This document shows positions 50,301 to 61,597 of a stretch of 64,000 nucleotides of DNA, in pieces. The stretch covers positions 4,092,001 to 4,156,000 of the forward strand of contig JBHGNT010000007.1 of the NCBI GenBank assembly GCA_043228905.1. Reading direction: 5' to 3'. The notes beneath the pieces were generated by a model. The model was not told the origin of the DNA. It was given only the letters and a program-made list of their open reading frames with translations, and did no database searches. The number at the start of each line of letters is the position of its first letter. The stretch's first letter is position 1. The position numbers and the translations under genes are program-made. The stretch comes from Azolla caroliniana. Lineage: Eukaryota > Plantae > Polypodiophyta.

Positions 50301-50873
50301 ATGGCATCATCGTCATCATCTTGTTCGATATTATCGGGAATACCATCATTGGTAACATCTTCTGCTCAAGTTATGGCTATGGCAAATGTAGAAGAGCAGA
50401 GAATCAATTTACTCTCTTTAGAGGATCAGCCGTCTCTTCAGAGTACTACTGCGAATACCTCGGTTGCGTCTTCATCCTCTTCTTTGGATGAGATATGGAA
50501 AACCATAACCTCTTCAACACACCCTAACCCTAACCTTAACCCTAACCCTAACCTTTGCCTGAATTTGAATCCCATCCACAGAGGCAATAGCTCCACATCA
50601 TCATCAGCATCATCCTCTTCCTTCTCCCATTTCCTGCTTCCGAAAACCAGCGGTAATAGCGCAAGGTCAGAAAACCACCCTTTGAAGAGAGCCCAACAGC
50701 ATTTGGATGGATACCATCTAGTGAAAGCATTAGAGTTTCTCATCAATGAGACCCCTGCATCCTCACAGCTCCAGTATTATCAAGAGGCATTGAAAGTCCA
50801 ACAGAGGAAGAGGCAGCATGTGCAGGCCAATAGACAGAAGAAGAGGAGCTTAAAGATGGTATCAAAAACCTAG
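50301..50873 (+). CDS. Orphan 190-aa Ser-rich ORF with basic C-terminus (possibly TE accessory)
   Basis: ATG-initiated open frame downstream of a telo-box-rich region. I recognise no domain. Confidence 0.35.
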   Translation: MASSSSSCSILSGIPSLVTSSAQVMAMANVEEQRINLLSLEDQPSLQSTTANTSVASSSSSLDEIWKTITSSTHPNPNLNPNPNLCLNLNPIHRGNSSTSSSASSSSFSHFLLPKTSGNSARSENHPLKRAQQHLDGYHLVKALEFLINETPASSQLQYYQEALKVQQRKRQHVQANRQKKRSLKMVSKT

Positions 50874-51414
50874 CAAAACCATGGTATCACAGGTCAAAAG
50901 GGGGTGTCCATATTAGAGGTGAAAAGTGGTTTCTAAAGTGAAGCGGTATTTAGATGTTGGAAGTGGTTTCAGAAGTGAGGTGGGTATTGGGGACATATAT
51001 TAGAGGTCAAAAGAGTGGTTGGTCTCAGAGATGGTGTGGTATTGAAGAGGTCCAAAAGAGTGGTTTTCAAGTGATGAAGTGGTAATTCAGAGGTCAAAAG
51101 AGTGGTTTTCAAGAGATGAGGTGGTAATTATAGGTCAGAGAGTAAGAGGGAGTCAACCGGCTTCAAAAGGTCAAGCTAGAGTAGGAAGTCAGATGCTTCC
51201 AAGGGCAAAAGTCAAGAGGATTGTGAAGGGAGAAAAAGTCAAGCAGATTGTGAAGGGAGAACAGAACAAGTCAAGCAGACGATTAGGTCAAGAGCAATGG
51301 GCAGAGGCGAGAATTGGGTATATAATAATTGGCAGCCAAATGGTAGTGGGGAGGAGGCAAATTGTGGAGGAGTGGTAGCAATGGAGGTGGACCAAGTGGT
51401 ATAGGCGAGAGAGG

Positions 51415-51846
51415 CGAATGTGGATTGGTAATAGTCTCGGAAGTCAACTAGTATCGGAGAATTTGATTGGTATAGTCTCGGAACTCAAGTGGGTTGGTAT
51501 AGTTTCGGAAGTCAAGGAGTGCCGGGGATTGGTATTATCTCAAAAGTCAAGGAAAGGTGAATGTGGATTGGTGTAGTCTCGGAAGTCAAAGTGGATTGGT
51601 ATAGTCTTGGAAGTCAAGGAGAGGTGGATGTGGATTGGTATAGTCTCGGAAGTCAAGGGTGGATGTGGATCAGCATAGTCGTGGAAGTCAAGGAGAGGTG
51701 AATGTGGATTGGTATATTCTCGGAAGTCAAGGGGAGGCGAATGTGGATTGGTATAGTCTCGGAAGTCAAGGAGATGCGAATGTGGATTGGTATAGTCTTG
51801 TAAGTCAAGGAGTGTGGCGGATTGGTATAGTCTCGGAAGTCAAGGA
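51415..51846. repeat. ~39-bp tandem repeat array
   Basis: About 12 variants of (aat)gtggattggtatagtctcggaagtcaaggagaggtg, some shortened. Confidence 0.9.
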
Positions 51847-53378
51847 AGTGTTGGCGAGGTGGACGTGAAAATGGTCCCCCGTTGTATAGTGAAGAGGGGG
51901 GTATATTCTTAGAAGTCAAGGTAGTCTTGGCCAGACGGACTTGGAAAATGGTCATAATTGGAAGTCAAGGGGTTATCTACAAGGTGGAAGTGGAAATGGT
52001 ATCCCTCATTGGAGAAAAGCTTAAGCTTCTTCTTCTTCTTGTTTTGTTCCTTTTCATCTTCTGGTTGGGTAGAAATGGGCTTTTACATGCTGTTTTATTT
52101 TTTTACCTCTTCAACTTTTTGCTTCTTCTCTTTGATGAAGAAGAAGAAAGGAAGGCCACATTTGGAAATTGGCATTATGATTTCCCCTTGTGGGGGGAAA
52201 AAGAAGAAAGAGACCAAAAACTCTCAAATAGATTATTATTAGATGATAGATAGGCATATTTCGGTTCAAATCCTCTTAGATAAATGAAGTTGGACATTTC
52301 CTCATTCATGGAAATAACCTGGAATTTTTGTTGTATTTTTTCATTTCCTTTTTCACGTGGTAGTATATACAGTTCGAATCCTCTCTTCTATATATAAATC
52401 GATTGGCAAACTCATTTATTTGCTCCCTTGTGGAAATAACAAGGAATTTTTTGGTCTATTTTTTAGTTTCCATTTTATTTCACATGATATAATGTGTGTG
52501 TGTGTATCATATATGTATGGACAAGCTCGTTTGCTTGGGCATCTATCCATACAATCTATAAGAGTGCCCATATTTTGCCGGGGGTCATGCCTTTGAAAGC
52601 GTAATAGTTTAATTGCCGTAATATTGGTTTGTCCCTTGGTTAATTTGTGTGAATTCAATTGTACCGAGGAATATTGGTCATCCTGTAGTTTATTGATGTG
52701 CATTCATTCCAATGGAATCATATTATGGACATTCAAAGCTATAACCTAGGTGTATGGACATCTCATTGCTCTTTGCTATCCTCCCCTTGTGTTGGGTTTT
52801 TTGTATTGGAGTCTCTTAAGTTTGTGTAAGTGATGTCCTTATGCCCATTTGTTTTGCTTTTTGATCGAAGCCTCGGCGCTCAAAAGCCCTTGTGCTTTTT
52901 TGTAGTACACGTGGAATCCAAATTCCCAAATTTTAAATGAAGAAGGTTTGTTGTACTCACATTTGTTGTGCTTTCTCATCACCCAAGTTCAAAAGAATTG
53001 AGCTTTTTGTAAATACATATGGAATCTGAGTTCTACATTTCTATGTCAAAACTTGTATGTAATATATGAGATTCATATACGTCGATGTAGCCATCACGTG
53101 TTTCCAAAATTTGAATGAAGTTTCCTGTATTCGAAATGTTCTCCTAGAAAAGTTAAAACAACTCAATTGTGATGGTTTCAAGCACAAAAGTGTTTCGGAT
53201 TTGTAGGATATGTGTTGAATGTTGATGCAAGTGTTATTTGGGTTTGGGTAACCTGATCTTATATGACTTGGCAATAGGTAATAGGTGGAGGATTTCATAA
53301 TACTAGGAGAGAGATTATCTTAAAGGGGTCTCGAAACTTTATTATACTCATGTGATATGACTTTTTTGCGGATCGAGA

Positions 53379-53587
53379 CCCACTAACATTGTTCCACGTG
53401 TGCTAGTGGAGTACCTTGATTTGTCAAATTTTGATCAAATCTTGTTTTTTGAGTAGAACTTTTTAAGTGAGAAACTTTCGAGGCCCACTAACATTGTTCC
53501 ATGTGTGCTAGTGGAGTACCTTAATTTGTCAAATTTTGATCAAATCTTGTTATTTGAGTAGAACTTTTTAAGTGAGAAACTTTCGAG
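53379..53587. repeat. 105-bp tandem duplication
   Basis: cccactaacattgttcca...gagaaactttcgag starts at 53379 and 53484. Confidence 0.92.
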
Positions 53588-56319
53588 TCGTGACATGTCC
53601 ATGAAACCTAGGGATCATCCCTTTTCCATAAAAGGGAGCATCAATGCTAAAAGAATGCATTTTTTGGACTTGTTGTTTGTTTTGATTTTATGATGTTTCT
53701 TGAAAAGTAAACCGGACATGTGACAAACTTCCATTTCTAATTGATGATGACATGATTTTATTGATAAATGCTATTCGTCTCTATGTACCATAGTTAACCC
53801 CTCTAGACTTCAAAGCCAAGAGTTTCATTAGAGCTACTTATCTTAAGGGCCAAACATGATATTATATTTTCTAAGATACTAGCAATTTGGTGTCTCATAT
53901 ATTGTGCAAGGTTATGGTGGTTCACTTTAATACATATTGAAAGCTAGTATTTCTAAATATGTTATGCTTAAAGAATGTGAATTAATAGGAGAAACATGTT
54001 GAGATTACAATTCCATCTACATTAATAGTTAATTAAGTAGCCTAGAGTACCCAAACAAAAGTAGAACATAACCACTCAGTGTTTGTAATTTTGTCATGTG
54101 CAAATAGAGTGACGCATTACCTTAGCTTATTATTGGTCAAGCTATGAAATATAACGATCAATAAAGAACGATATAATATTGAGTGCCCCCCCCTCCTTCA
54201 AAGGCCACTAGATTTTAAAGGGAAACAAACTAAGAGATAATATAAATGAAGTATATTTGCTTAAACTACTTCTATATTCAATGTCCACATCATTTCCTTT
54301 AATGTATATTGTAGGCTTACTTGGGCTAATGTGTCCATCATATTTATATATATATATATGCATATTGTGTACACACATCCGCATAAACATGGATGTTTGC
54401 TTGTCATTTCTCTCGATACTTCGACAACCAATAATAAGTCTTTATCTGTCCATGGTATACATATGTATCATGTACACGCGTCACATGAACATGAAATGTA
54501 GCGTCTCATTTCTCTTCATATTTTGATAGCGAAGAATATTCGTCATTATGTGTGCATGAGTGAGTCACGTTATTATTGTACATAAAGTTCATGCAACTCA
54601 ATGCTCATCATTTAATGTTTTTGCAGGCAATAATATCTCATGGCATATTTTGCTTCTACATTGCACACTCTTTGTGACATAAAACAATGTGCTCACATCA
54701 TTTGAACATATCATAAGTTATCTTCCAAGAGTGGTAAGAAAGTTGAACAAAACATTCATAAAGCTAATAATTCACTCTTCACGTTGGGGAAAAAGGACGA
54801 CACTTGTCATTAGAAGCATAATTTGAGTGTGGGAAGGTACAAAGAACAAAGTCTCATTTCTCACCAAATCCAATGAAGAAAAGTAGGCACATATGAAATG
54901 AAACTATTTTTTAGACTAAAAGAACTGATGTCAATAATATCTCGAGGGCAAGCCCAACACGAAATATTTAAACCTTTAGAATTAAGGAGAATTCCCACAT
55001 GATCCAGGATATTTGAAACTAAACCCTAAATGTTTTAGTTTTAATCCCGTCTTACAACTCGAATAACTACCTAAGAGATCAACCTTGGAATCAGGATTAA
55101 AACTAAAACATTCGAGTTTTAAGACGTAAAAATCACGACCATGATATGAACCAAGTTATGCATTCAACAGTTCAACTATAGGAATTTTACAGAAAGTTGT
55201 TGAGTATGGTGAGCCTTGCTTTTAAGGCGCGATGGGGAATTCACTATGTATAAAACGTCCACATCATGTGTGTTAAAGATTTCATGAATATAACACTCGT
55301 TCTCTATTCTAAAATGATCATTGAATGATCAGTTTTTGAATGTGGAACATTTGGTTTTTAGTTAACGAGTGCTCATGGGTGATGCTGGTTTGTTCATGAG
55401 TTTTGTTTTCTTAAAATGTGAATCACCCTAGGTCACTAGGTCCACACTACTTTTGGAGAATCATGATGCACTCCATTTTGCGAGCATTTTGATATAATAA
55501 ACTCATTGTAATAAGAGTTTTTACAATCACGTGCTTCGAATGAAAATAAGAATATCCGAAAAGATGACATATAAAGGCCAACAATATCATCGTAGACTCC
55601 AACCTATCTTGATGATGCGAAATATCTTTATACTGCTATATATTTATGGGAGCAAAAGAGGAACATACACGTGTCGTTAAAAGAATGATTTCAAAATATC
55701 AAATGTGCGGAACTTAATGAAGATATCGACAAAATGCATTAGAAATAAACACTTTGTTGGGCAATGCGATATAGTGGTGTCATCATTTGTGCTAGTGAGC
55801 TAAGTACGGAATCTAAACTTTCCTTTCCATTGGCCAAAATTTCTTTGGTTGAAACAAGACTTTCCTTTGTTCAATAATGAATTGACCTATGAGATATATG
55901 TGTCAACCATATAATGAATCACAATAAGAACACTCAGATGGTATTACACAAAAAGGCAATTATTCTTCATCCCCACCAAGACTTTTCAACTAGGCTACTC
56001 GAATAATAGAACCACATATACACTCATGTTTTATGACGTATTTAACAAACATTGTAAATTCACCACACTTTGCATGTGCATTAGCTTGCTCATATGATCT
56101 TAGATCGTGAACTAGAAAGTTCAATATCCCTAAAAGTTGTGTCTGAATCCATATATAACGTGAAGATTTGCAGAGCTACATAGGTAATTCATTTGAGTAG
56201 TGAGTTTTGATGTCCAAGAATTTTCCTGATAAACATTGCAATCAAGGGTGCCCATTGTGGTTGTGAGAGGCATGTGTGTAACTGATGCATCAGATTGACA
56301 ATTTTAGGTCAAATGTAAT

Positions 56320-57060
56320 GCGTTGTAGTTTCCCTATCTAGAGAAGGGTGTGGTTTCCCTGTTTAGAAAAGAAGATGATTCAGTAGTTTGGTGCAACATG
56401 TGTAATATAGAACCCAGTAAATGTGAGCATCCAGATCTTTCCCTACTACATTGCAATGCTAAAAAGTCTCATTCAAAAACAACTATATTGATGCATCAGA
56501 AGCAAATGTGTTTCTAATCCATTTTTCCATATCTTGCATCCATTCGAAACCTAGAATTATGCCTTTACATGTCTTTTGAATTTATTTTACTTGCTTCATA
56601 TGCAATCTTCGGAACTTGATGAGGGTTTTGTTTTTTTAATTATAAGTATGCACTCAATAAACCTTTCCATGACCATGATCTAGTGTGAAGACGTAAAAAC
56701 ATGTATGGAGTTTGTAGCCCAACATGACGAAATTTCATAAGCAAGCACTTTTGGACATTTTTCAACTATGTAACAATTAACTTAGGGATGTTATTGTTCC
56801 AATATAAGTTAACCCTCGCAAGAAAGCACTAATTTTTTAACCTTTTCGTATAGGGTGAGACAAGATTTTGATGAGAGAATCTTTGGGATTTATGATCAAT
56901 GACCACATTACCTTGGTCATTGTAGGCCTCCCACCTCTTTTGTCATTTGCTATACCATGATTTTCTTTGTTGCAAAACTTGAGTGCTTGAATACCAAAAA
57001 CAACTAACCCAGCAATGAGGTCATTTGCCTTGTTACCAATGTATTGAAGAAGCATTTCTT
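56320..57060 (-). mobile_element. Old, diverged RTE-like LINE fragment
   Basis: Collinear by eye with 34950-35700 (ggtgcaacatgtgta, tcttgcatcca, ccttccatgRccatgatct, tttggacattttca). Confidence 0.65.
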
Positions 57061-57099
57061 AAGAACCCAACCTTTAAAATTTTCCACCATTGCATATGT

Positions 57100-57560
57100 C
57101 TCCATGAACGACCCAATCTTGATCTACTGTGACAATTTCAACTATATCCTTGGAACCCAGTCTTCCATGCTTGGACAAAGCACATTGAGGTGCACTACTA
57201 CTTCATCCGAGAACACGTCCTTGCAGGGGATGTCGACCTTCAACATATCAACATGAATCTTTAGACAACCGACATCTTCACGAAAGCCTTAGGGGCAGAC
57301 AAGTTTCAACAATTTTCGTCGGAGCTTGGTCTTTTGACTTCCGACTTGCCGAGCTTGAGGGGGAGTGAAGCCGAAAATCCATCGGACACTAGTGAAGCCG
57401 AAAGTGGACAAAAGACAGACACTAGCGGAGTCGAAAACTGGACATCAAGGCCAAAGCATACACCAAAACCGAAAGCTGACTTACACCAAGTTGAGCTTGA
57501 AGGGGCGTGTTGAGAATCAAACTCAACTAGAGTGTGAACACATATGAGTAGTTGAGTATG
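57100..57560 (+). mobile_element. Copia 3' remnant (RNase H end, PPT, truncated LTR from 57508), family related to A/F
   Basis: IYCDN, NPVFHAWTKHIEVHY, DIFTKALG. ttgaaggggcg followed by tgttgagaatc. Confidence 0.85.
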
Positions 57561-57581
57561 TAATGTCGTGACTGGAGAGCA

Positions 57582-57584
<3 letters not shown>

Positions 57585-57630
<46 letters not shown>

Positions 57631-58595
57631 ATTATCGTCTTCGGAGGTCAAATATGACCTATGAGACCAAAAATATTACATTTCACGTGATACATGTGAA
57701 ACTGAGTAATGACTCTCGATGTTCAAGAACTTTACCAATGAATGTTGTAATCAAGAGTGCACATTGTGGTTGTGAGAGAAATTTGTGCAAGGATTGGGCT
57801 TGGTCGAAGAGATGTGGAAAGCATGGTCAAATATTATCAAAGGCAGAGCATTGTATCAAAGTGTGATACTCAAAATCGCGAACTTGTTTAGGGCAAAGTG
57901 TGCATAGCCGACCACTCTCATCACTTGTGCCCCAATGCCTTGTCTCACATCGCAATGCATGTGAGCTAACTCACATGGAAAGAATGGTATGAATGGCACA
58001 TAACGACATGGGCTCTAACATGTATCGATGTGTACGGTTTCTGTCACGGACATGACAATAATCATGTCAAGATTTGAACTCTTCACCTCTTGTATATAGT
58101 CAAGTGTTATATTCTAACCAACACATGCAAATACGTGGTCATATTATTTATATGTTAGTAGATTGTTAGTAGATTATCTATTCCAAGTTCTAGGAGTTTT
58201 TAGAAGCTTCTGCATGAAAATGGGTCGATGCATGGAACATGTAGAGGCCACAAACATGTATAAATACTTGTAACTTCCTTGATCCCTTTCAAAGGATTCA
58301 ACGCTAGTCACTGACATATCAATCTAGTTTTCTTCATTTCATGCCATATTATCTCCTTTATCTTCATATTTGTCTTCATGCTCTCTAGTTACTTACAACT
58401 TCTATAGTTTCTAGCCTCGTACTTTGAGTTCCACATTCGTAACCTTATCGGTCATAGGCTTGTCATTCATGCTTCGTCTTAGTCTAGGGTTGGTGTGTCC
58501 GTGACAATTTCCCCATTCTGCAAAGAATATGGCTTTGTAGTTAGGTGCAACATGTGTAGTATAATGTGTGAAGCGTGAGCCTCCACATTTGTCCA
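57585..58595 (-). mobile_element. RTE-like LINE 3' end with (TC)n tail, interrupted by a solo LTR and cut by Copia F
   Basis: Clearly homologous to 34590-35050. Confidence 0.85.
58042..58506 (+). mobile_element. Solo LTR, 465 bp
   Basis: Perfect 11-bp terminal inverted repeat tgtcacggaca/tgtccgtgaca. TSD gtttc/atttc. TATA (tataaata) near 58259. Absent from the homologous LINE copies. Confidence 0.88.
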
Positions 58596-58809
58596 TGTTG
58601 AGAATTGAACTCAACTTCCCATAGGAATAGTGTCCACACTAGTAAGTGGACAACTTACTTGGACATTTCTGTAATTAGTAGAAAGGGATTTACGCTAGAC
58701 TAGTTGGTATTTAAAGCAACCTTTTGTAACTGAGTAACCGTTGGATGTGATATACAGTTTCTTGTCTAGAGCTCTCTCTCATTTTCTCTCATTCTCTCTT
58801 GTCTCGCAT

Positions 58810-58864
<55 letters not shown>

Positions 58865-61597
58865 CCTTCCGTTGCACAGAATCACTCTCCATTCTTTACA
58901 TGGTACCAAGCGCGTGGTAGCTTGATCCAAGCCCATCACCTTTACGTGTGTTGTGCTCAAGCTTGCGGAGAACTGACTAATTGTTGTAACAACAATTTCT
59001 ACACAACTCGCATCAAGAGTAGAAGAAGTTCAACAATGAACACCTAGACGGGAAGCGCTCTTCCCACCGAGAAGCTCAATAGAACAAACTTCGCATCTTG
59101 GGAGTACAAGATGCATCAATACCTTGTCGGACAAGGTTATTGGAGCTACATCGAGGGAGCTCACGAAATGCAACCCAACCTGACACACGCCGACTACCTA
59201 GCATGGGAGTAGGCCGCGAGCCGTGTGTTGTACTTCCTTGCATCATGCGTTCATGACCACATGCTCGGGTATATTTGAGACCCGAATACGCCTAATGAAG
59301 CTTGGGGAAATCACAAGAAGATTTGTGCGGCCAATACGGTTGCACAAAAGCTCCAACTTCGATAGGAGCCAAACAACATGCAACAGAGGCACATGTCGAT
59401 CATCGACTATACCTTGGAGATCAAGGAGTTGTGTGATGCCCTCAGTTCGATTAATGTTGTCATCGACGATGACGAAATGGCGCAAATGTGCCTCAGTGGC
59501 TTGGCACCTCAATTCAACACGATGAGATCGGCTGGTCGAAGAAAATCACGTTCAACGAGGCCGACACGGTCGATCGACCCAAGAGTGTAACTCCCACCAA
59601 TGGCAAGAGGACAGGAACAGTCCCAGAGAGTTCGGCAGAAGGGGAAGCCACCCCGCCGGACTGAGCAATTGCAACAACCCGATCGAATGCGGGTACTTTG
59701 GGAAACACAACCATTATGAAGAGGAGTGCCGAAAAAAGATACGTGACTTGGCTTCCAGTAGCCGACAACTCATGAACTACGCTTCGAATTCGGACTATGA
59801 CTATTGTGGCGGGATGTTTGTAATGAGGCATGAAGCATATTCAATGTCGATACAAGCCCCAACTAGCACCTCTTCTTTAGGTAGCATATGGTTTGTCGAT
59901 TCGGGAGCATCCAATCACATGACGTCCCATGAAGATTGGTTCCGAGAATTACGAAAGCCCGATCGACCTGGCTATGTCGGAACCGGAGATGATATGACTC
60001 ACCCAAAATGACGGCAAACAAACCTACCTTAAGTACGTCTTGCATGTTCCAACCATCACGAAAAACCTGGTCTCGATCTGCCAGATTGTCGAACAAGGTA
60101 TGCAAGTACGATTCAATAATGAAGGGTGTTTCATCGAAAAGGACGATCATAGTGCATGGTCACCGAGAAGGCTGAATGTTCATCCTTGAATTAGAGGAGG
60201 TGAAATCGGCTATGTTCGCAAAAAGCCTTAAAGTCAAAATAGACTTTCAGAAACTATGGGACAAGAGAATCAGCCACATCAATCTCCAAAAGCTCCAGAA
60301 TATGCAGTCGAACGGAGTCGTAATCGGCTTCCCGACATTTACTGAGAAAGAGATTACGAGCATATGCAGGGCGTGCCAATTCGGAAAACAACACCGATAT
60401 CCATTCCCGAAAGGGAGGAATGTGAATAAAGGGATCCTGGATGTAGTACAGTTAGATGTGTGGGGACTAGCCCAAACCACAACATTTGGAGGTTGTTGCT
60501 ACTATGTCACGTTCATCGACGACTTCTCCAGGCACACCTAGATCTACCATATGCGACAGAAGAGCGAAGTGTTCAAACACTTCCAAAAGTTTAAAAATGA
60601 AGTCGAAAAAGCCATGGGACATACGATGCCTTCAATCAGATCGAGGAAAGGAGTATTTCTCGGACGAATTTACGGTGTATCTCCGAAAGGAAGGAATTCA
60701 ACAAGAATTCTCGTGTCGACATACACGTCAACAAAATAGTGTAGCCGAACGGAAGAATCGGCACATAGTAGAGGTTGCATGAGCAATAATGAATGAGAAG
60801 AACCTGTTGAAATCGTATTAGGCAGAAGCAGCAAACACTGCCGTATATCTCATGAACAGGTGTACAACCTTTGAGGTACACGACGTAACCCCTCCTGAGA
60901 GGTTCTTTGGAAAGAAGCCAGGCTTATCACATGTCCGTATTTTCGGCTCAATCACCTACGTCGATATTCCCGACGAGACGCAACAAAAGCTCGACCCGAA
61001 GTCGGAGAAATGTATCCTCGTAGGGTACTCACTCAAACAGAAGGGGTACAAATGCTACAACCCATCTACCCGAAAAGCTTGAGTGAGTCGAGACATTATT
61101 TTCGACGAGTCGGCATCCTGGTACAACCTAGAGACGACTCTGATTCCTACTCCAGTCGACTCGGAATCGGCCGAACGAGAGATAGCAGATGAATTTCAAC
61201 TCGGACACATGTTTGAAGCTAGTTCCATTATGACAAGGCTTAGTGTACCACAGGAGCCCCTGAGTGACCGAAGCACATCTCGGCCGACTCCAAAACTCAA
61301 CAAAGGGAAGGCCAAGATGTCCTAATACAAAGATCCAGTCGACAACGAGTCAACTCACTCCCTCGACATTGAGTTCGAATGCATGGACATCCCAATCATC
61401 TAGACAAATGGAGTGAAGAAAGCATTAGTCTCCGCGAACGAGAAGCTACGTCGGTCTACCCGTGAAAATAACCCCATAAGCTGATTTGGCTACGATGAGT
61501 ACATGGCGTATGATTACGCCTTTATGATGAAGGTAGCGACTATCCAAGAGCCGGAAAGACTTTTCGAAGCCGTGAAGTACCCGAGATGGGTCGACGT
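58596..61597 (+). mobile_element. Ty1/Copia element F (related to A): 5' LTR 58596-58900, PBS, degenerate gag-PR-INT; interrupted by Gypsy G
   Basis: tgttgagaat...ttctttaca then tggtacca. gag from 59036 (ALPTEKLNRTNFASWEYKM), WFVDSGASNHM, FIDDFSR, RQQNSVAERKNR. Confidence 0.92.

Noticed and set aside
51415-51846. CRISPR-like appearance of the 39-bp and 50-60-bp arrays (also 39940-40190)
   Set aside because: The intervening sequences are variants of each other rather than unique spacers. The context is eukaryotic and there are no cas genes.
52831-53643. Candidate 813-bp solo LTR (tgatgtcc...ggagcatca)
   Set aside because: No TSD (gtaag vs atgct) and no adjacent PBS or PPT.
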